From the IMG/VR virus record IMGVR_UViG_3300029698_000133, positions 8,559-72,558 of that record: a DNA stretch of 64,000 bases, one strand, 5' to 3'. Positions 9,698 through 19,605 of the stretch are shown here, in pieces (within the stretch, counting starts at the first letter, position 1; the number at the start of each line of letters is the position of its first letter). The position numbers and the translations under genes are program-made. The notes beneath the pieces are model-generated. The model was not told where the DNA came from, searched no databases, and saw nothing but the letters and a program-made list of their open reading frames with translations. The stretch comes from a virus.

Positions 9698-10039
9698 ATG
9701 CCTATAGACTACCCTGCGCTCGGAAAACGTATAGCGTTTTTTCGGAACCAGTCTCACCTCACGCAAGAAGACTTTGCATACGAGGTTCATCTTTCCCGTC
9801 AATACATCAGTCAGCTCGAAACCGCTGCCTGCCGACCAAGTCTTGAAACAATCGTAGAGATTGCAAACACTCTCGGCGTTTCTACAGATGACTTGCTTGT
9901 CGATAGTCTGACCCACTCCGTTTCCACAGCAGACACCGAAGTTCATCGGCTTCTGATTGACTGCAACGAACTCGAAGCTGAAATTCTCACTCGTACCTTG
10001 AAAGAATTACGCGCCATCCTTTACAGCCTCGGCGTATAA
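9698..10039 (+). CDS. XRE-family HTH transcriptional regulator
   Basis: LTQEDFAYEVHLSRQYISQLE helix-turn-helix; RBS GGAGGTAAAGCC precedes the ATG at 9698. Confidence 0.8.
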   Translation: MPIDYPALGKRIAFFRNQSHLTQEDFAYEVHLSRQYISQLETAACRPSLETIVEIANTLGVSTDDLLVDSLTHSVSTADTEVHRLLIDCNELEAEILTRTLKELRAILYSLGV

Positions 10040-10125
10040 ACAAAAATTGCCCGCATAAGCCACCGCTGCACCTTCTTTTCCAGAGGGTGCTTCTGTGGTC
10101 TATGCAGGCTGTATGTAACCAAGGT

Positions 10126-10494
10126 CTACCTTTTAGTTGAAGTCCAGCAATCGTACAGGAAATCTAACAGCCCTGTGGCTACTGTTTGAACTGTAACCGA
10201 TCCGTTCACCGACTTAAGCTGGGCCTCCATTGTCTGCCATAATTCTGGCGCAAGCTCAGTTTTCTGGCCTACTGCTCCCAGAGCGTATTCTACCGAATCG
10301 TTCACCAAACCAGACAGGGTTCTCCCATCGACCGTCACTGCCCCTCTCTCCAAGCTTATCACTGCATCCATTTTCTTTTTCGCGTCGGACCATGGCAAAT
10401 TCATCAAGTAAACTTTGATTGCTGCGGCAACTACCACTTCTGGCCCAGTCAATCCATAGGATTCAATATGTACCTGTTCAAGTTCATGCTTCAT
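10126..10494 (-). CDS. hypothetical protein
   Basis: ORF with strong RBS (GGGAGGAAC) before MKHELEQ; no recognisable domain. Confidence 0.45.
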   Translation of the reverse strand: MKHELEQVHIESYGLTGPEVVVAAAIKVYLMNLPWSDAKKKMDAVISLERGAVTVDGRTLSGLVNDSVEYALGAVGQKTELAPELWQTMEAQLKSVNGSVTVQTVATGLLDFLYDCWTSTKR

Positions 10495-10565
10495 ACAAGT
10501 TCCTCCCAATCGTGTGTCTCTGGCACCCAGCATAAAGCAAAACTCTATACATAGCAATCCCATCC

Positions 10566-10640
10566 AAAACAAAAAGGCCCACCGGGTCACCATCTTCTTT
10601 TGCTTATTCGCAAAGCCAGAAAGTGACCCGGTGGGCTGTA
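10566..10640 (-). terminator. 14-bp inverted repeat GCCCACCGGGTCAC/GTGACCCGGTGGGC followed by CTTTTT (minus-strand sense), downstream of the recombinase operon
   Basis: Seen directly; large 33-nt loop, so strength is uncertain. Confidence 0.4.
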
Positions 10641-11855
10641 TCAGTTTTTCTCAACTTCAATATGGTCTGGATATACCAGTACCTTCGATACTTCCTTTTC
10701 AAACCGTTCCTGATCCATGTTCAGCCACTCAAGTTCTCGCAGGATTGCATCGATAAGTTCTTCTTCCTTAATAAAGCGGTTGCCGCATCGCTCATTGCCT
10801 TTTCCTTTTTGCCGGTTTCGGCAGTTCCACGCTTTATAGGTGCTTTGCGTCTTGAAACCGCCAGCAGCTTTCAAAGTCCGGCGCAAAAAGGGAGCACCAC
10901 ATTCTCCACAGAATACTTTGCCGTAGAGGAAGTGATGCTCCCTGTTCGTTTTATGAATACCGACCTTTGCCAGTTCTTTTCGTTTTTCCAGAATTTCCTG
11001 TGCCTTATCCCATGTCTCCCGATCTATGATTGCTTCATGGTCATCCCACAGATAATTGGATTCCACCTTCTGATTCGGATTGGGCTTCTTGGTCAGGTAG
11101 TCCAACGGAGCTTTCTTCTGCAACCGCTTGTCACCCACATAGGTTTCATTTGAAACCATGTACCGGAGAGTTTCTACTCCAAACCCCTTTTTACTGTGCA
11201 ACGATTGAGCCCCCAGCTCTTCCAAACCTTTAGCGATTTGCCTATAGCTCTCGCCTTCGATGAATCTGCGGAATACTTCCTTTACAATCCAAGCGTCCTT
11301 GTTGGGAACCAGCTCGCCATCCACACAGTCGTAGCCGAGAATACGATTATTGCCGAGATTGTACTCACCTCGTGCAAATCGGCTTGCATAAGCAGCCTTT
11401 TCATTTTCACTGATAGAATGACTTTCATCCTGTGCCACTGCTGCCAAGATGGATAGGACGAAATCACAGGTTGGATCATCTGTGCGGATATTTTGTTCCT
11501 CAAAAATGATTGTAACCCCCAGCGTTCTAAACCATTTGGCATACTGCTGGCAATCCACCATGTTCCGAGAAAACCGGGAAATACTCTTGCAAATGATAAT
11601 ATCCAGCTTCTTGGCTTCGGCGGCCGCCGCCATTTCCTGAAAGCCCGGTCGATTTTTCACTCGTGTAGCAGAATGCCGGTCAGCATATACCTTAACCAGT
11701 TCCCAGTCGGGATGACTTTGGATCAGCTCCTCGTAATACTTCTGCTGAGTTTCAAAGCTTTCATCCTGCTCGTTGCGAAAAGTGCTGACACGGCAATACG
11801 CGGCCACACGTTTCTTTGCCACTGGGATTTTTGGCATTACCTTTTTAATAATCAT
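10641..11855 (-). CDS. large serine recombinase (404 aa), third of a tandem trio
   Basis: KRVAAYCRVST catalytic motif, recombinase domain, CxxC...C zinc-ribbon region. Confidence 0.85.
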   Translation of the reverse strand: MIIKKVMPKIPVAKKRVAAYCRVSTFRNEQDESFETQQKYYEELIQSHPDWELVKVYADRHSATRVKNRPGFQEMAAAAEAKKLDIIICKSISRFSRNMVDCQQYAKWFRTLGVTIIFEEQNIRTDDPTCDFVLSILAAVAQDESHSISENEKAAYASRFARGEYNLGNNRILGYDCVDGELVPNKDAWIVKEVFRRFIEGESYRQIAKGLEELGAQSLHSKKGFGVETLRYMVSNETYVGDKRLQKKAPLDYLTKKPNPNQKVESNYLWDDHEAIIDRETWDKAQEILEKRKELAKVGIHKTNREHHFLYGKVFCGECGAPFLRRTLKAAGGFKTQSTYKAWNCRNRQKGKGNERCGNRFIKEEELIDAILRELEWLNMDQERFEKEVSKVLVYPDHIEVEKN

Positions 11856-13356
11856 TTGCTGCTACTCCATTCTCCTTGGCACGGAGGTTCTTTGCCGTCT
11901 GCATGGCAGCATTACGCTGTGCCTCCCGCGTATTCACTGACTTCTTATCAGCCCGCACCACGCTCACCGGCTTGTTCTCGCTCCGCTGCGCACGGTCCAG
12001 CGAGTTCCGATAAAGCTCTGCCACATGGGTCGGTTCCTCAACCTTGGATGCATTCAAAGCAACCTCGCTCTCCAGACCACATTTCCAGAGCACCCGCATG
12101 GTGTCCTGTTTAAATTCAATGTGCCCCACCAAGTCATCCAGCCAGTAATACTGGACGGTGTCCAGTTTCGGGCTCTCTGCCTTGATTTCCAGCATCCTCT
12201 GCATAGCTACCGTCCGCTTCTTTTCCTTGATTTCAAGGGTGTTGTAGGCTTCCAGCAGGGCAGCATCCACAAGATACCCTTTGACCGCATACCCACGGCA
12301 GCCGTCCACATCAAAGCAGCCAAGGATGCGCTTGTGGCTGTTTACTTTCATGACCCTCGGAATCATCTTCTTCCCACACAGCGGGCAGACAATGTTTGTA
12401 TCGAAGTAGGGATACCGGCTGTACTCCCCATGCGGAGATTTCAGTTCCATAATGCGCTGTACCTGCTGGTAGGTATGGCGGTCGATAATAGGAACATGGT
12501 GGTTCCTGACGTTGTAGACCGGAATCACAGTCGAGTCGTTCCGGACACTCCTATGGGAAATATGGTCAACACTGACCCATTTCTGAAGCCGCATATCACC
12601 AATGTACTTCTCGTTCTCAAGGAGATACTTAAGGGCGGTCTTGTTCCACGTCTGCTTGCCCCTTGCGGAAGGAGCCTGTATAAAGGTCAGCTCATCCAGA
12701 ATGTCCGTCATGGGGATGCCGTACTGGTACATTTTGAAAATCATCCGCACAATGGCAGCTTCGTCCGGTTCAATGACAATTTCACCGTCCTTGGTCTTCC
12801 GATAGCCATAGGTCTTGGTCCAGCGCGACTCACCACTTTCAAACCGCTTGCGAATGCCCCATTTCAGGTTTTCGGAGATGGAACGGCTTTCCTCCTGTGC
12901 AAAAGCCGCCATGACCGTCAGAATCAGTTCGGACACCGACGTTGCCGTATCCAGTCCTTCCTTTTCAAAGTAAAGCTGGACACCGATGCTCTGAAGATGG
13001 CGCACATAGGACAGACATTCGACCGTGTTGCGGGCAAATCGAGAGATACTTTTTGCCATGATATAATCGACCTTGCCTGCCTCGCAATCCTCCATCATCC
13101 GCAAGAACTCTTTACGCTTTTTCACGCTGGTTCCGCTGATGCCCTCATCGGCGTAGACATCCACCAACATCCAGCCAGGGTGCTGGGCAATCTTAGCGCG
13201 GAAGGCTTTCATCTGCTCCTCCAAGCTGTGGAGCTGAATCTCCTGGTCCGTGCTGACACGGGCATAGACTGCAACGCGGACTGTTTTCAAGGTGCTAAGT
13301 GCCTGAAAGCCAAGCTTCTGTACCCCAGTGTCTACCTTTTCTACTGTAATTTCCAT
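11845..13356 (-). CDS. large serine recombinase (503 aa), second of the trio
   Basis: VRVAVYARVST, YADEGISGTS, recombinase domain and CPLCG zinc ribbon; RBS AAGGAG. Confidence 0.85.
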   Translation of the reverse strand: MEITVEKVDTGVQKLGFQALSTLKTVRVAVYARVSTDQEIQLHSLEEQMKAFRAKIAQHPGWMLVDVYADEGISGTSVKKRKEFLRMMEDCEAGKVDYIMAKSISRFARNTVECLSYVRHLQSIGVQLYFEKEGLDTATSVSELILTVMAAFAQEESRSISENLKWGIRKRFESGESRWTKTYGYRKTKDGEIVIEPDEAAIVRMIFKMYQYGIPMTDILDELTFIQAPSARGKQTWNKTALKYLLENEKYIGDMRLQKWVSVDHISHRSVRNDSTVIPVYNVRNHHVPIIDRHTYQQVQRIMELKSPHGEYSRYPYFDTNIVCPLCGKKMIPRVMKVNSHKRILGCFDVDGCRGYAVKGYLVDAALLEAYNTLEIKEKKRTVAMQRMLEIKAESPKLDTVQYYWLDDLVGHIEFKQDTMRVLWKCGLESEVALNASKVEEPTHVAELYRNSLDRAQRSENKPVSVVRADKKSVNTREAQRNAAMQTAKNLRAKENGVAANDY

Positions 13357-13368
13357 GTACTTTTCTCC

Positions 13369-14310
13369 TTATTGCCATTTGGGGTCGTTCAGGACCTTCT
13401 GCTGTTCATCATTGTATTTTTTTCGTCCGGAGTGGAGCAAGCCCATCTGAATCATGGTCTGCACACGCTCGAACTGTTCTCTGCTGACAATGCCTTCATG
13501 ATGGTCCTCCAGATGAACTTGGGCGCGTTCTCCCCTGTTCCGCTTGCTGTATCGGTGGCCGTTCTTGCCGTAGGCCGTGTAGTAGCAATCCGTCCAGTAA
13601 TCCCCCATGTATGCGACATTTTTCAGCATATTGGGTAGTCGATTTCGATTCTGAGACCATGACACACCGGTATTTTCCTCATCCTCCATCTTATCCAAGC
13701 AAGCTCGGATATCTGCGTAGCAGACTCCTTTTGCCGCTTGGTCAAAGGCATAGCGGACACGGCGGGCCTCGGATTCTTCAATTCTCCATTCACCCTGCTT
13801 GTTGACCCTGCGAAAGCCGTAGGTCACACGGCCGGTCGGAATGCCCTGGTCATGGAGATAGGCGATGCCTGCTCGAACATTCTCACCGATGCTCTTGGAC
13901 TCCTCCTCGGCAATGATGGCAAGGATGTGGAAGAACAGCTCGCTCTGGCCATCCATCGTGTTAATGCCCTCTTTTTCAAAAATGACCGGGATGCCCAGCT
14001 CTTTCAGCTGACGCACCACGGTCACACAGTCAAGCATATTTCGGGAGAAACGGGAGATGGACTTGGTATAGATGATGTCGATTTTGCCATCCATGCAATC
14101 TTGAATCATCTGTCGGAATTCCGGCCGACCCTGCGTACTGCGTCCGCTGCCTTCATCCGCATAGACCTTTACGAGTTCCTCATCGGGGTTATTGGAGAGC
14201 AGCTCTGTGAAGTAGCTTTTCTGAATCTCATAGGAACCTTCCTGACACTCCATGCCGGTGCTGACTCTGCAATAGGCCGCCGCCCTTTTCTGTTTCACTA
14301 CAATTTCCAT
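13369..14310 (-). CDS. serine recombinase (about 313 aa), first of the trio; zinc ribbon not recognisable
   Basis: KRAAAYCRVST catalytic N-terminus plus recombinase domain; start set at MEIVVKQ after RBS AAGGAGG. Confidence 0.8.
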   Translation of the reverse strand: MEIVVKQKRAAAYCRVSTGMECQEGSYEIQKSYFTELLSNNPDEELVKVYADEGSGRSTQGRPEFRQMIQDCMDGKIDIIYTKSISRFSRNMLDCVTVVRQLKELGIPVIFEKEGINTMDGQSELFFHILAIIAEEESKSIGENVRAGIAYLHDQGIPTGRVTYGFRRVNKQGEWRIEESEARRVRYAFDQAAKGVCYADIRACLDKMEDEENTGVSWSQNRNRLPNMLKNVAYMGDYWTDCYYTAYGKNGHRYSKRNRGERAQVHLEDHHEGIVSREQFERVQTMIQMGLLHSGRKKYNDEQQKVLNDPKWQ

Positions 14311-14551
14311 TGCGTCATCCTCCTTGGGGTAGTCGTATAATGCCGCATGTATGGCTGAATAGCAAGTTCTGTCGCCCAGATAAATCGGCATATTACCGAC
14401 AAACTATCTGCCTGACAGAACGCCTGAATTGCAGCATATATGACAAATGTAAAGGGCTTCCCGGTCAAATTGGGAAGCCCAGAGTGCGACGTTTGAATCA
14501 GCCCGGTCTATGTGCCAGAGAGTGCTTTTGTGTCATCGCAACGAGGTGATA

Positions 14552-16024
14552 TTAGACCTTTTTGACGTAATCGAGGCTGATCCAGCCGTTACGCTTGCTG
14601 GCATAGGATTTCAGCAAGCCCCACTTGGATGCGCCCTTGCCTGTTGCCTCCGAAACAATGGTGAACACACCCTTGCCAGTAAAACCACGGGAACCGTAGT
14701 TCGTGCCGGGGCCCTTGCGGATGTGCAGGTCAGAGATGGACACCCGGACCGTGTAGGGCTGAAACACCGTGCTGGTGGGATAGACGACCTTGCCGTTCTC
14801 ATCGAACACAGAATAGCCAGGGTTCTTGTCCGCACACGCTTTTGCGTTACCGAGGTCACGGAACGCACCCTTCTGGGATGCGGCATCCGGCCAATTCTTG
14901 CGCACACGGTACAAGGCCGTAGTGGGCGTAGTGGCTACCGCCGCATCGTACTGGGTCAGGTTCCACTGCTCAATGATCCGGCAAAGGTTCTGTACATAGT
15001 CAAGGCTCGTCGCGTAACCGCCGTCCTTGATGATCTGCACGGCTTTCTTGTAGTCAGTGCAGCCTGCCAGTCCTTCGTACCGCTTTTGGCTGCCGTTCAT
15101 AGCTCCCAGCAGGTAAGCGGAATGGTCGTTGATAGAGTCCTCAATGGAACTGTACTTTCGGAAGTCTGCCGTAATGCTTACATAGCTGCCGTCCGTGTTC
15201 TGCTCCCCGGTTTTCATCGAATACACGGAATGCCCATCCCAGGCAAAACCCGACCAGGTGTTCCCGGAAAGTGATGCCTTCATGCCAAAACAGTTATTGG
15301 CATCCTGTGCCAGCTCGGACTTGCCGTAGCCAGATTCCAGAATGAACTGCGCCATGGACACGCTGGCAAGGATACCGGACTGCCGCTGGTTAGCCATGAA
15401 CATCGATGCCACCTTTGCCACGACAGCCGCTGGCTCCATGTCCTTCAAAGAGGTTGCCTGCAAACCAGTGGACACAGCCGGAGTGCCGAGTGCCGCCGTC
15501 ACCTTAGCAGCCAGATCACCGAGGCGGCTGTACAGCCAGTCGCCGGGGCAGGCTTTGTTCGCATACCAGCGGTGGACGGTCAGAACCATCTCATCAGCCG
15601 CAGGAGCGTAATTGAGAGTTTTATTCTTGTCCCCCAGCCAGAGCAGTTTTGCCTTACCATTCCGCTTGCAGATGTCGGTGCAAAGCTCGATCAGCGAAGT
15701 GTATACTGCACTGTTCATCGCATAAGGGTGGGTCAGGTCGCTGGCGCACTCGATAGTGATAGCCCGCTGGTCGTTTGCTGCACTGGAAGAGCACCAGCTC
15801 CGGTTCTTCTCCTCGACACAAAGCGACACACGACCGTCCTTGCCGATGCCGTAGTTACAGCTTGCCTGCCGGGAGGTACTGGTGAAGCAGCCACAGATAC
15901 TTTCCGCAGACAACTGCCCCACCACACAGTGCGGGGTGATGCGGTCGATGCTGTGTGTCCGCAAGCCGGAATGGTTCGGGCTGAGGTTCGTATAATCCAC
16001 TAAGGGACTGTTAGTGTATGCCAT
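14552..16024 (-). CDS. phage endolysin: N-acetylmuramoyl-L-alanine amidase plus glucosaminidase plus C-terminal cell-wall-binding repeat
   Basis: Amidase_2/PGRP-like N-terminus, central FILESGYGKSELAQDANNCFGMKA glucosaminidase motif, C-terminal YRVRKNW...NAKACADKNPGYSVFDENGKVVYP domain; RBS GGAGGAA before MAYTN. Confidence 0.85.
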   Translation of the reverse strand: MAYTNSPLVDYTNLSPNHSGLRTHSIDRITPHCVVGQLSAESICGCFTSTSRQASCNYGIGKDGRVSLCVEEKNRSWCSSSAANDQRAITIECASDLTHPYAMNSAVYTSLIELCTDICKRNGKAKLLWLGDKNKTLNYAPAADEMVLTVHRWYANKACPGDWLYSRLGDLAAKVTAALGTPAVSTGLQATSLKDMEPAAVVAKVASMFMANQRQSGILASVSMAQFILESGYGKSELAQDANNCFGMKASLSGNTWSGFAWDGHSVYSMKTGEQNTDGSYVSITADFRKYSSIEDSINDHSAYLLGAMNGSQKRYEGLAGCTDYKKAVQIIKDGGYATSLDYVQNLCRIIEQWNLTQYDAAVATTPTTALYRVRKNWPDAASQKGAFRDLGNAKACADKNPGYSVFDENGKVVYPTSTVFQPYTVRVSISDLHIRKGPGTNYGSRGFTGKGVFTIVSEATGKGASKWGLLKSYASKRNGWISLDYVKKV

Positions 16025-16091
16025 AGAAGATTCCTCCAATAGAAAAAAGCCCGGATTTCTCCGGGCCAGATAGTGTAGATTCGATTCTTGG

Positions 16092-16775
16092 TCAGGGCAG
16101 CAGCAGCTTCATACCAATTAGGATGCAGTTGGACGTCAGCCCGTTCAGAGCCCGGATCTCGGTATAGTGGACACCGCTGCCGAGCTTGCGCTCCGAGATA
16201 CGCCAGAGGTTATCGCCGGGAGCTACGGTGTAGACCTCCCTGCCCACAAAGGCGTAAGCGTCCTCGGCATTCAGGACATACGCCACGCCGTCCTCTGCCT
16301 CCGGGCACTTGATCTTCAGCCAGTCCCCACAGTGTTCCAGAACATCCACAATGCAGTTCTTGGCATACACGGCAACCACTTCTGCATCCAGACTCGGTGC
16401 CTTGCGGATGTTCATAAGAGTTTTCAGCTTGCCATAAGCAATGGCATCCGGCAAAGGTTCTGCAGACGGAAACTCCTCAGCCGGGGTGCCCTCCGAAGGC
16501 TGCTCACCTTCCACTGCGGAGTCCTCCTCCGAGGTATTCTCCTCCGGGAAATCCGTTACAGGCTTCTCCTCAGCGTTCTCCTCCCGAGTCGTGGGCTCAT
16601 CCGCCGGGTAGATCACGGTGCCGTCCTCGGCAAAAACATAGCTGCCGGGATTCTCGTCACACTTTGCCTTTGCATTCGCCAGCAGCTTATATGCACCGAG
16701 CTGGGATGCGTCATCGTTCCAATCGGTCCGAACACGATAATAGCCGGTGTTCAGCTTTGCAGGATATTCACTCAT
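16092..16775 (-). CDS. cell-wall-binding protein without a catalytic domain (endolysin CWB-type domain, SH3b-like, LysM)
   Basis: N-terminal YYRVRTDW...NAKAKCDENPGSYVFAEDGTVIYP is paralogous to the endolysin C-terminus; C-terminal YTVAPGDNLWRISERKLG...IRALNGL is LysM-like. Confidence 0.6.
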   Translation of the reverse strand: MSEYPAKLNTGYYRVRTDWNDDASQLGAYKLLANAKAKCDENPGSYVFAEDGTVIYPADEPTTREENAEEKPVTDFPEENTSEEDSAVEGEQPSEGTPAEEFPSAEPLPDAIAYGKLKTLMNIRKAPSLDAEVVAVYAKNCIVDVLEHCGDWLKIKCPEAEDGVAYVLNAEDAYAFVGREVYTVAPGDNLWRISERKLGSGVHYTEIRALNGLTSNCILIGMKLLLP

Positions 16776-16974
16776 AGTCGTTCCTCCATCAAAATTGAGG
16801 GAGAGGTCGCCCTCTCCCAATAGACTCCTTCATAAAGCGCACGATTTTTTGGCTTTTGGGAGGTACTTTTCAGAAAACTTCTCTCATTATGCTTACTGAA
16901 ATTCGGCATTTGGTACCCAGTTCTCCAAATTTTCCTCTCATAAAGCACAATGAAAATGGCGAGAAGTTGTATCG

Positions 16975-17406
16975 TTACACTTCGTTCTCGTCGTTCTTGT
17001 CCGGGATATGCTTCTCGTTGGTCAGCTGGATCAGCATATCTTTCAGCTTCTCCGGGATGGGAATGCCGATCACGGCGGAGTTTTCCAGAATGGACAGGCC
17101 CTCATTGGACAGGTAGAAGAAGACCACAGCGGTACGGATTGCTGCGCCGTTCTGAAGGACCTGCGTGTCGATGATGTTGGCAATCCCAACCAGCAGGAAG
17201 ATGCACACCTTCTTGGCAATGCCCTTGAAGCCCACCTCGCTGGACAGTTCCTTGCGGATACCCGCCGCAAGGATACCGGTGAAGTAGTCGGTCACCACAA
17301 AGACGATGAGCGCGTAGAGGAAGCCATCAAAGCCTCCGAAGAACCAGCCGAGAAAACCACCCAGTGCCGCAAAAGCAAACTGGAGCTTGTCGATTACATT
17401 CTGCAT
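16975..17406 (-). CDS. phage holin (TcdE/phage_holin_4-like)
   Basis: 143 aa with several TM segments and charged C-terminus; sits just upstream of the lysin genes. Confidence 0.7.
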   Translation of the reverse strand: MQNVIDKLQFAFAALGGFLGWFFGGFDGFLYALIVFVVTDYFTGILAAGIRKELSSEVGFKGIAKKVCIFLLVGIANIIDTQVLQNGAAIRTAVVFFYLSNEGLSILENSAVIGIPIPEKLKDMLIQLTNEKHIPDKNDENEV

Positions 17407-17477
17407 ATTTTGTACCTTGCCTTTCCTGCCCGTTTCCAGGCATAAAAAATAGGACGGTTCTCCGCCCTTGTGTAATG

Positions 17478-17502
17478 GTGTTCTATATAAACACAGCCGT
17501 GT
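17478..17502 (-). terminator. hairpin CACAGCC-ACAC-GGCTGTG followed by a U-rich stretch, downstream of the tail-fibre gene
   Basis: Seen directly; minus-strand sense. Confidence 0.4.
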
Positions 17503-17514
17503 GGCTGTGGGGTA

Positions 17515-19509
17515 TTAAATGGCGTTCAGCATACGAGCAAGATTGGCTCCGATCAGCTCGTGTCCGATGGGGTTTGGATGCACACCGTCTACGATATACT
17601 CCGCTTTCACCTTGGCATTTTTCGGACTCAAGCCAACGGTCCAGCCATCCAGCACCGCAAAGCCGAACTCATCGCGTGCCACATCGTAGATAGCCTGTTT
17701 GTACTGAGCCAGTGTAGCTCCCACCTTGTTAGCAGCCTCACTGGAACGATGGAACGGTGTCAGGAAAACGATGCGCTTGCCGGGATACTTCTCGCAAAGC
17801 CCACTACACAGTACATGAAGGGCTCCATAGAACGATACATCCGTAGTGTCGGCAATCGTTCCGAGTGCAACGCCTGTGCCATAGTCATTGGTACCTCCTG
17901 CGATCACGACCATGTCTGCCGCAGCGTCCATACTCGAATATCGCAGAGAAATCGCACCGGTCGGAGACTGGTACGAGGTACTGGAAATGCTGATGCCAGA
18001 CACACCATAGTTTCGGCAGGTCGCTCCCAATCTCTCACAGGCGATTTCACAATAACGCTTTTCAGCCCGCTTATTGGGAGAAGAACCTCCCACAGGGGTA
18101 TACGCTCCATAGGTGATGGAGTCTCCGATAAAGTTGATGGTCTTCCCTCTCCAGTTGGAATTCTGCACCAACAAAGCCTGTTCAATGGATTCCTTCACGG
18201 ATTCGTTCCATTTTGCGAGTTTCTCCTCCACATCCTTGTTCTGATTGTCAATAGCAGTCTTGTTCTCTGCCACCGCAGTCCGAATCGGCTCCAATTCAGT
18301 CTGCTTGTCCTGTTCGATCTTGCTCAGAATCGCCGCCTCTCTCTGGACTGCCCTCCGATCCCTATCCGCACCTACTCGGTTCAAAAGCTCCGTCAGGCAG
18401 TTCATATACGGCGTTCCTTCCGTATCACAAACCACAACCTGTGCTTTCGCCGCTTCCTCCTCGGTCAGATTGATATAGAGATACTTCGCAGAACTGCGGT
18501 TCCATGCGGAAATCGATGTCAGCATCATAATGGCACCGTCATCCATCTCCCTAAAATGCTGGGCAGGAACAATGGACAGTCGTCCAGCGTAATGGAAGTC
18601 TCCCTCCATGCCACCCCAATTACCACGCATAATGGCGGGCTTGCCGCGCAGCCCATAAAAAAGGACATTCAGCTTGGCGTCATGGAGATTCCCGGTCGGA
18701 ATCAACAGATAATAGCCTTCGCCATTGGGATCAACACGCCCCGACATATCATCGCTGGTATTCAGCCCACTAACATCCACATGCCCTTTATAAAAGGTTC
18801 CGCCCCGAATCAGGTCATAGTCGTAGCGCCATTCTTCGTGAATATACTTTGCAAGACTTCCGTGAGCTGTGCCATCCACGGTCTCAGCGTCGGCCCCTGC
18901 ATAGTAGGCATCCACTGCCTTCAGGCGCTCACTCAGATTGGCATAGGTTTTTCCATCTGCATCCACCCGGGCATCAAGGAGCTCTGTATCAGTGGTATTA
19001 CCACCGACAATACTGTTCATCCGAGCTGTAAGCTGATTCTTGGTGGTTTCCAGGTCTTTTCGGCCAGCCACTAGATCATTTCTTGCAGTCGTCACCTGTC
19101 CGGTCAGAGTCGTGGTCGTTTCCTGAAGTTTTTTCGAGATGCGTTGTTCAGTAGCCGAGAGTTCTTGACTGATTGCCTCGTGTGTCTCAGACAACTCATT
19201 GCTCATGGCTGTGTGGGTCTCGGACAGTTCCTTGCTCATCGCAGCCTTAGTCGCATTGACATCAGAATGCATCTGCTGAACATCTGCATCAACATCCTGC
19301 TCCAGATTCCGGACCTGTGCGGAATACTCCGAGCAGATTGCCCAGTATTCCTCGCTGCTCAAAGCAGTACCCGCCGGGACGGACCTGCGGCTGATATAGC
19401 TGTCGCCTGTCTCCGGCTGATACACGATACTGAGCATCTCGTATTTGCTTCTCTTATTCCATGTGCCGCAATGCTTCGGCACAATGCGTCCGCCTACGAA
19501 TTCACCCAT
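17515..19509 (-). CDS. tail fibre / receptor-binding protein with C-terminal SGNH (GDSL) hydrolase domain
   Basis: N-terminal 200 aa nearly co-linear with the 1080-aa fibre; C-terminal GDSxT...GGTNDY...DGVHPN SGNH esterase motifs. Confidence 0.7.
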   Translation of the reverse strand: MGEFVGGRIVPKHCGTWNKRSKYEMLSIVYQPETGDSYISRRSVPAGTALSSEEYWAICSEYSAQVRNLEQDVDADVQQMHSDVNATKAAMSKELSETHTAMSNELSETHEAISQELSATEQRISKKLQETTTTLTGQVTTARNDLVAGRKDLETTKNQLTARMNSIVGGNTTDTELLDARVDADGKTYANLSERLKAVDAYYAGADAETVDGTAHGSLAKYIHEEWRYDYDLIRGGTFYKGHVDVSGLNTSDDMSGRVDPNGEGYYLLIPTGNLHDAKLNVLFYGLRGKPAIMRGNWGGMEGDFHYAGRLSIVPAQHFREMDDGAIMMLTSISAWNRSSAKYLYINLTEEEAAKAQVVVCDTEGTPYMNCLTELLNRVGADRDRRAVQREAAILSKIEQDKQTELEPIRTAVAENKTAIDNQNKDVEEKLAKWNESVKESIEQALLVQNSNWRGKTINFIGDSITYGAYTPVGGSSPNKRAEKRYCEIACERLGATCRNYGVSGISISSTSYQSPTGAISLRYSSMDAAADMVVIAGGTNDYGTGVALGTIADTTDVSFYGALHVLCSGLCEKYPGKRIVFLTPFHRSSEAANKVGATLAQYKQAIYDVARDEFGFAVLDGWTVGLSPKNAKVKAEYIVDGVHPNPIGHELIGANLARMLNAI

Positions 19510-19596
19510 GATTTCATTCTCCTTTCTGCTTGCTCAAAGGCTTACCAACGTCTTTTTCGCAAGCAGGGGGAGGATGAAAATCAGCTTTCAGGAGTA

Positions 19597-19605
19597 CCCC
19601 CCCCC
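19597..19605. repeat. homopolymeric C9/G9 tract in the intergenic region between the two tail-fibre genes
   Basis: Seen directly (ggagtaccccccccccgaaaa, G9 in minus-strand sense). Confidence 0.9.

Noticed and set aside
12025-13638. 537-aa plus-strand ORF antisense to the serine recombinase genes
   Set aside because: Overlaps two well-supported recombinase genes on the other strand, has no motif and no RBS
17560-19074. 504-aa plus-strand ORF antisense to the 664-aa tail fibre
   Set aside because: Antisense artefact within a well-supported gene; Cys/His/Arg-rich composition typical of GC-rich antisense frames
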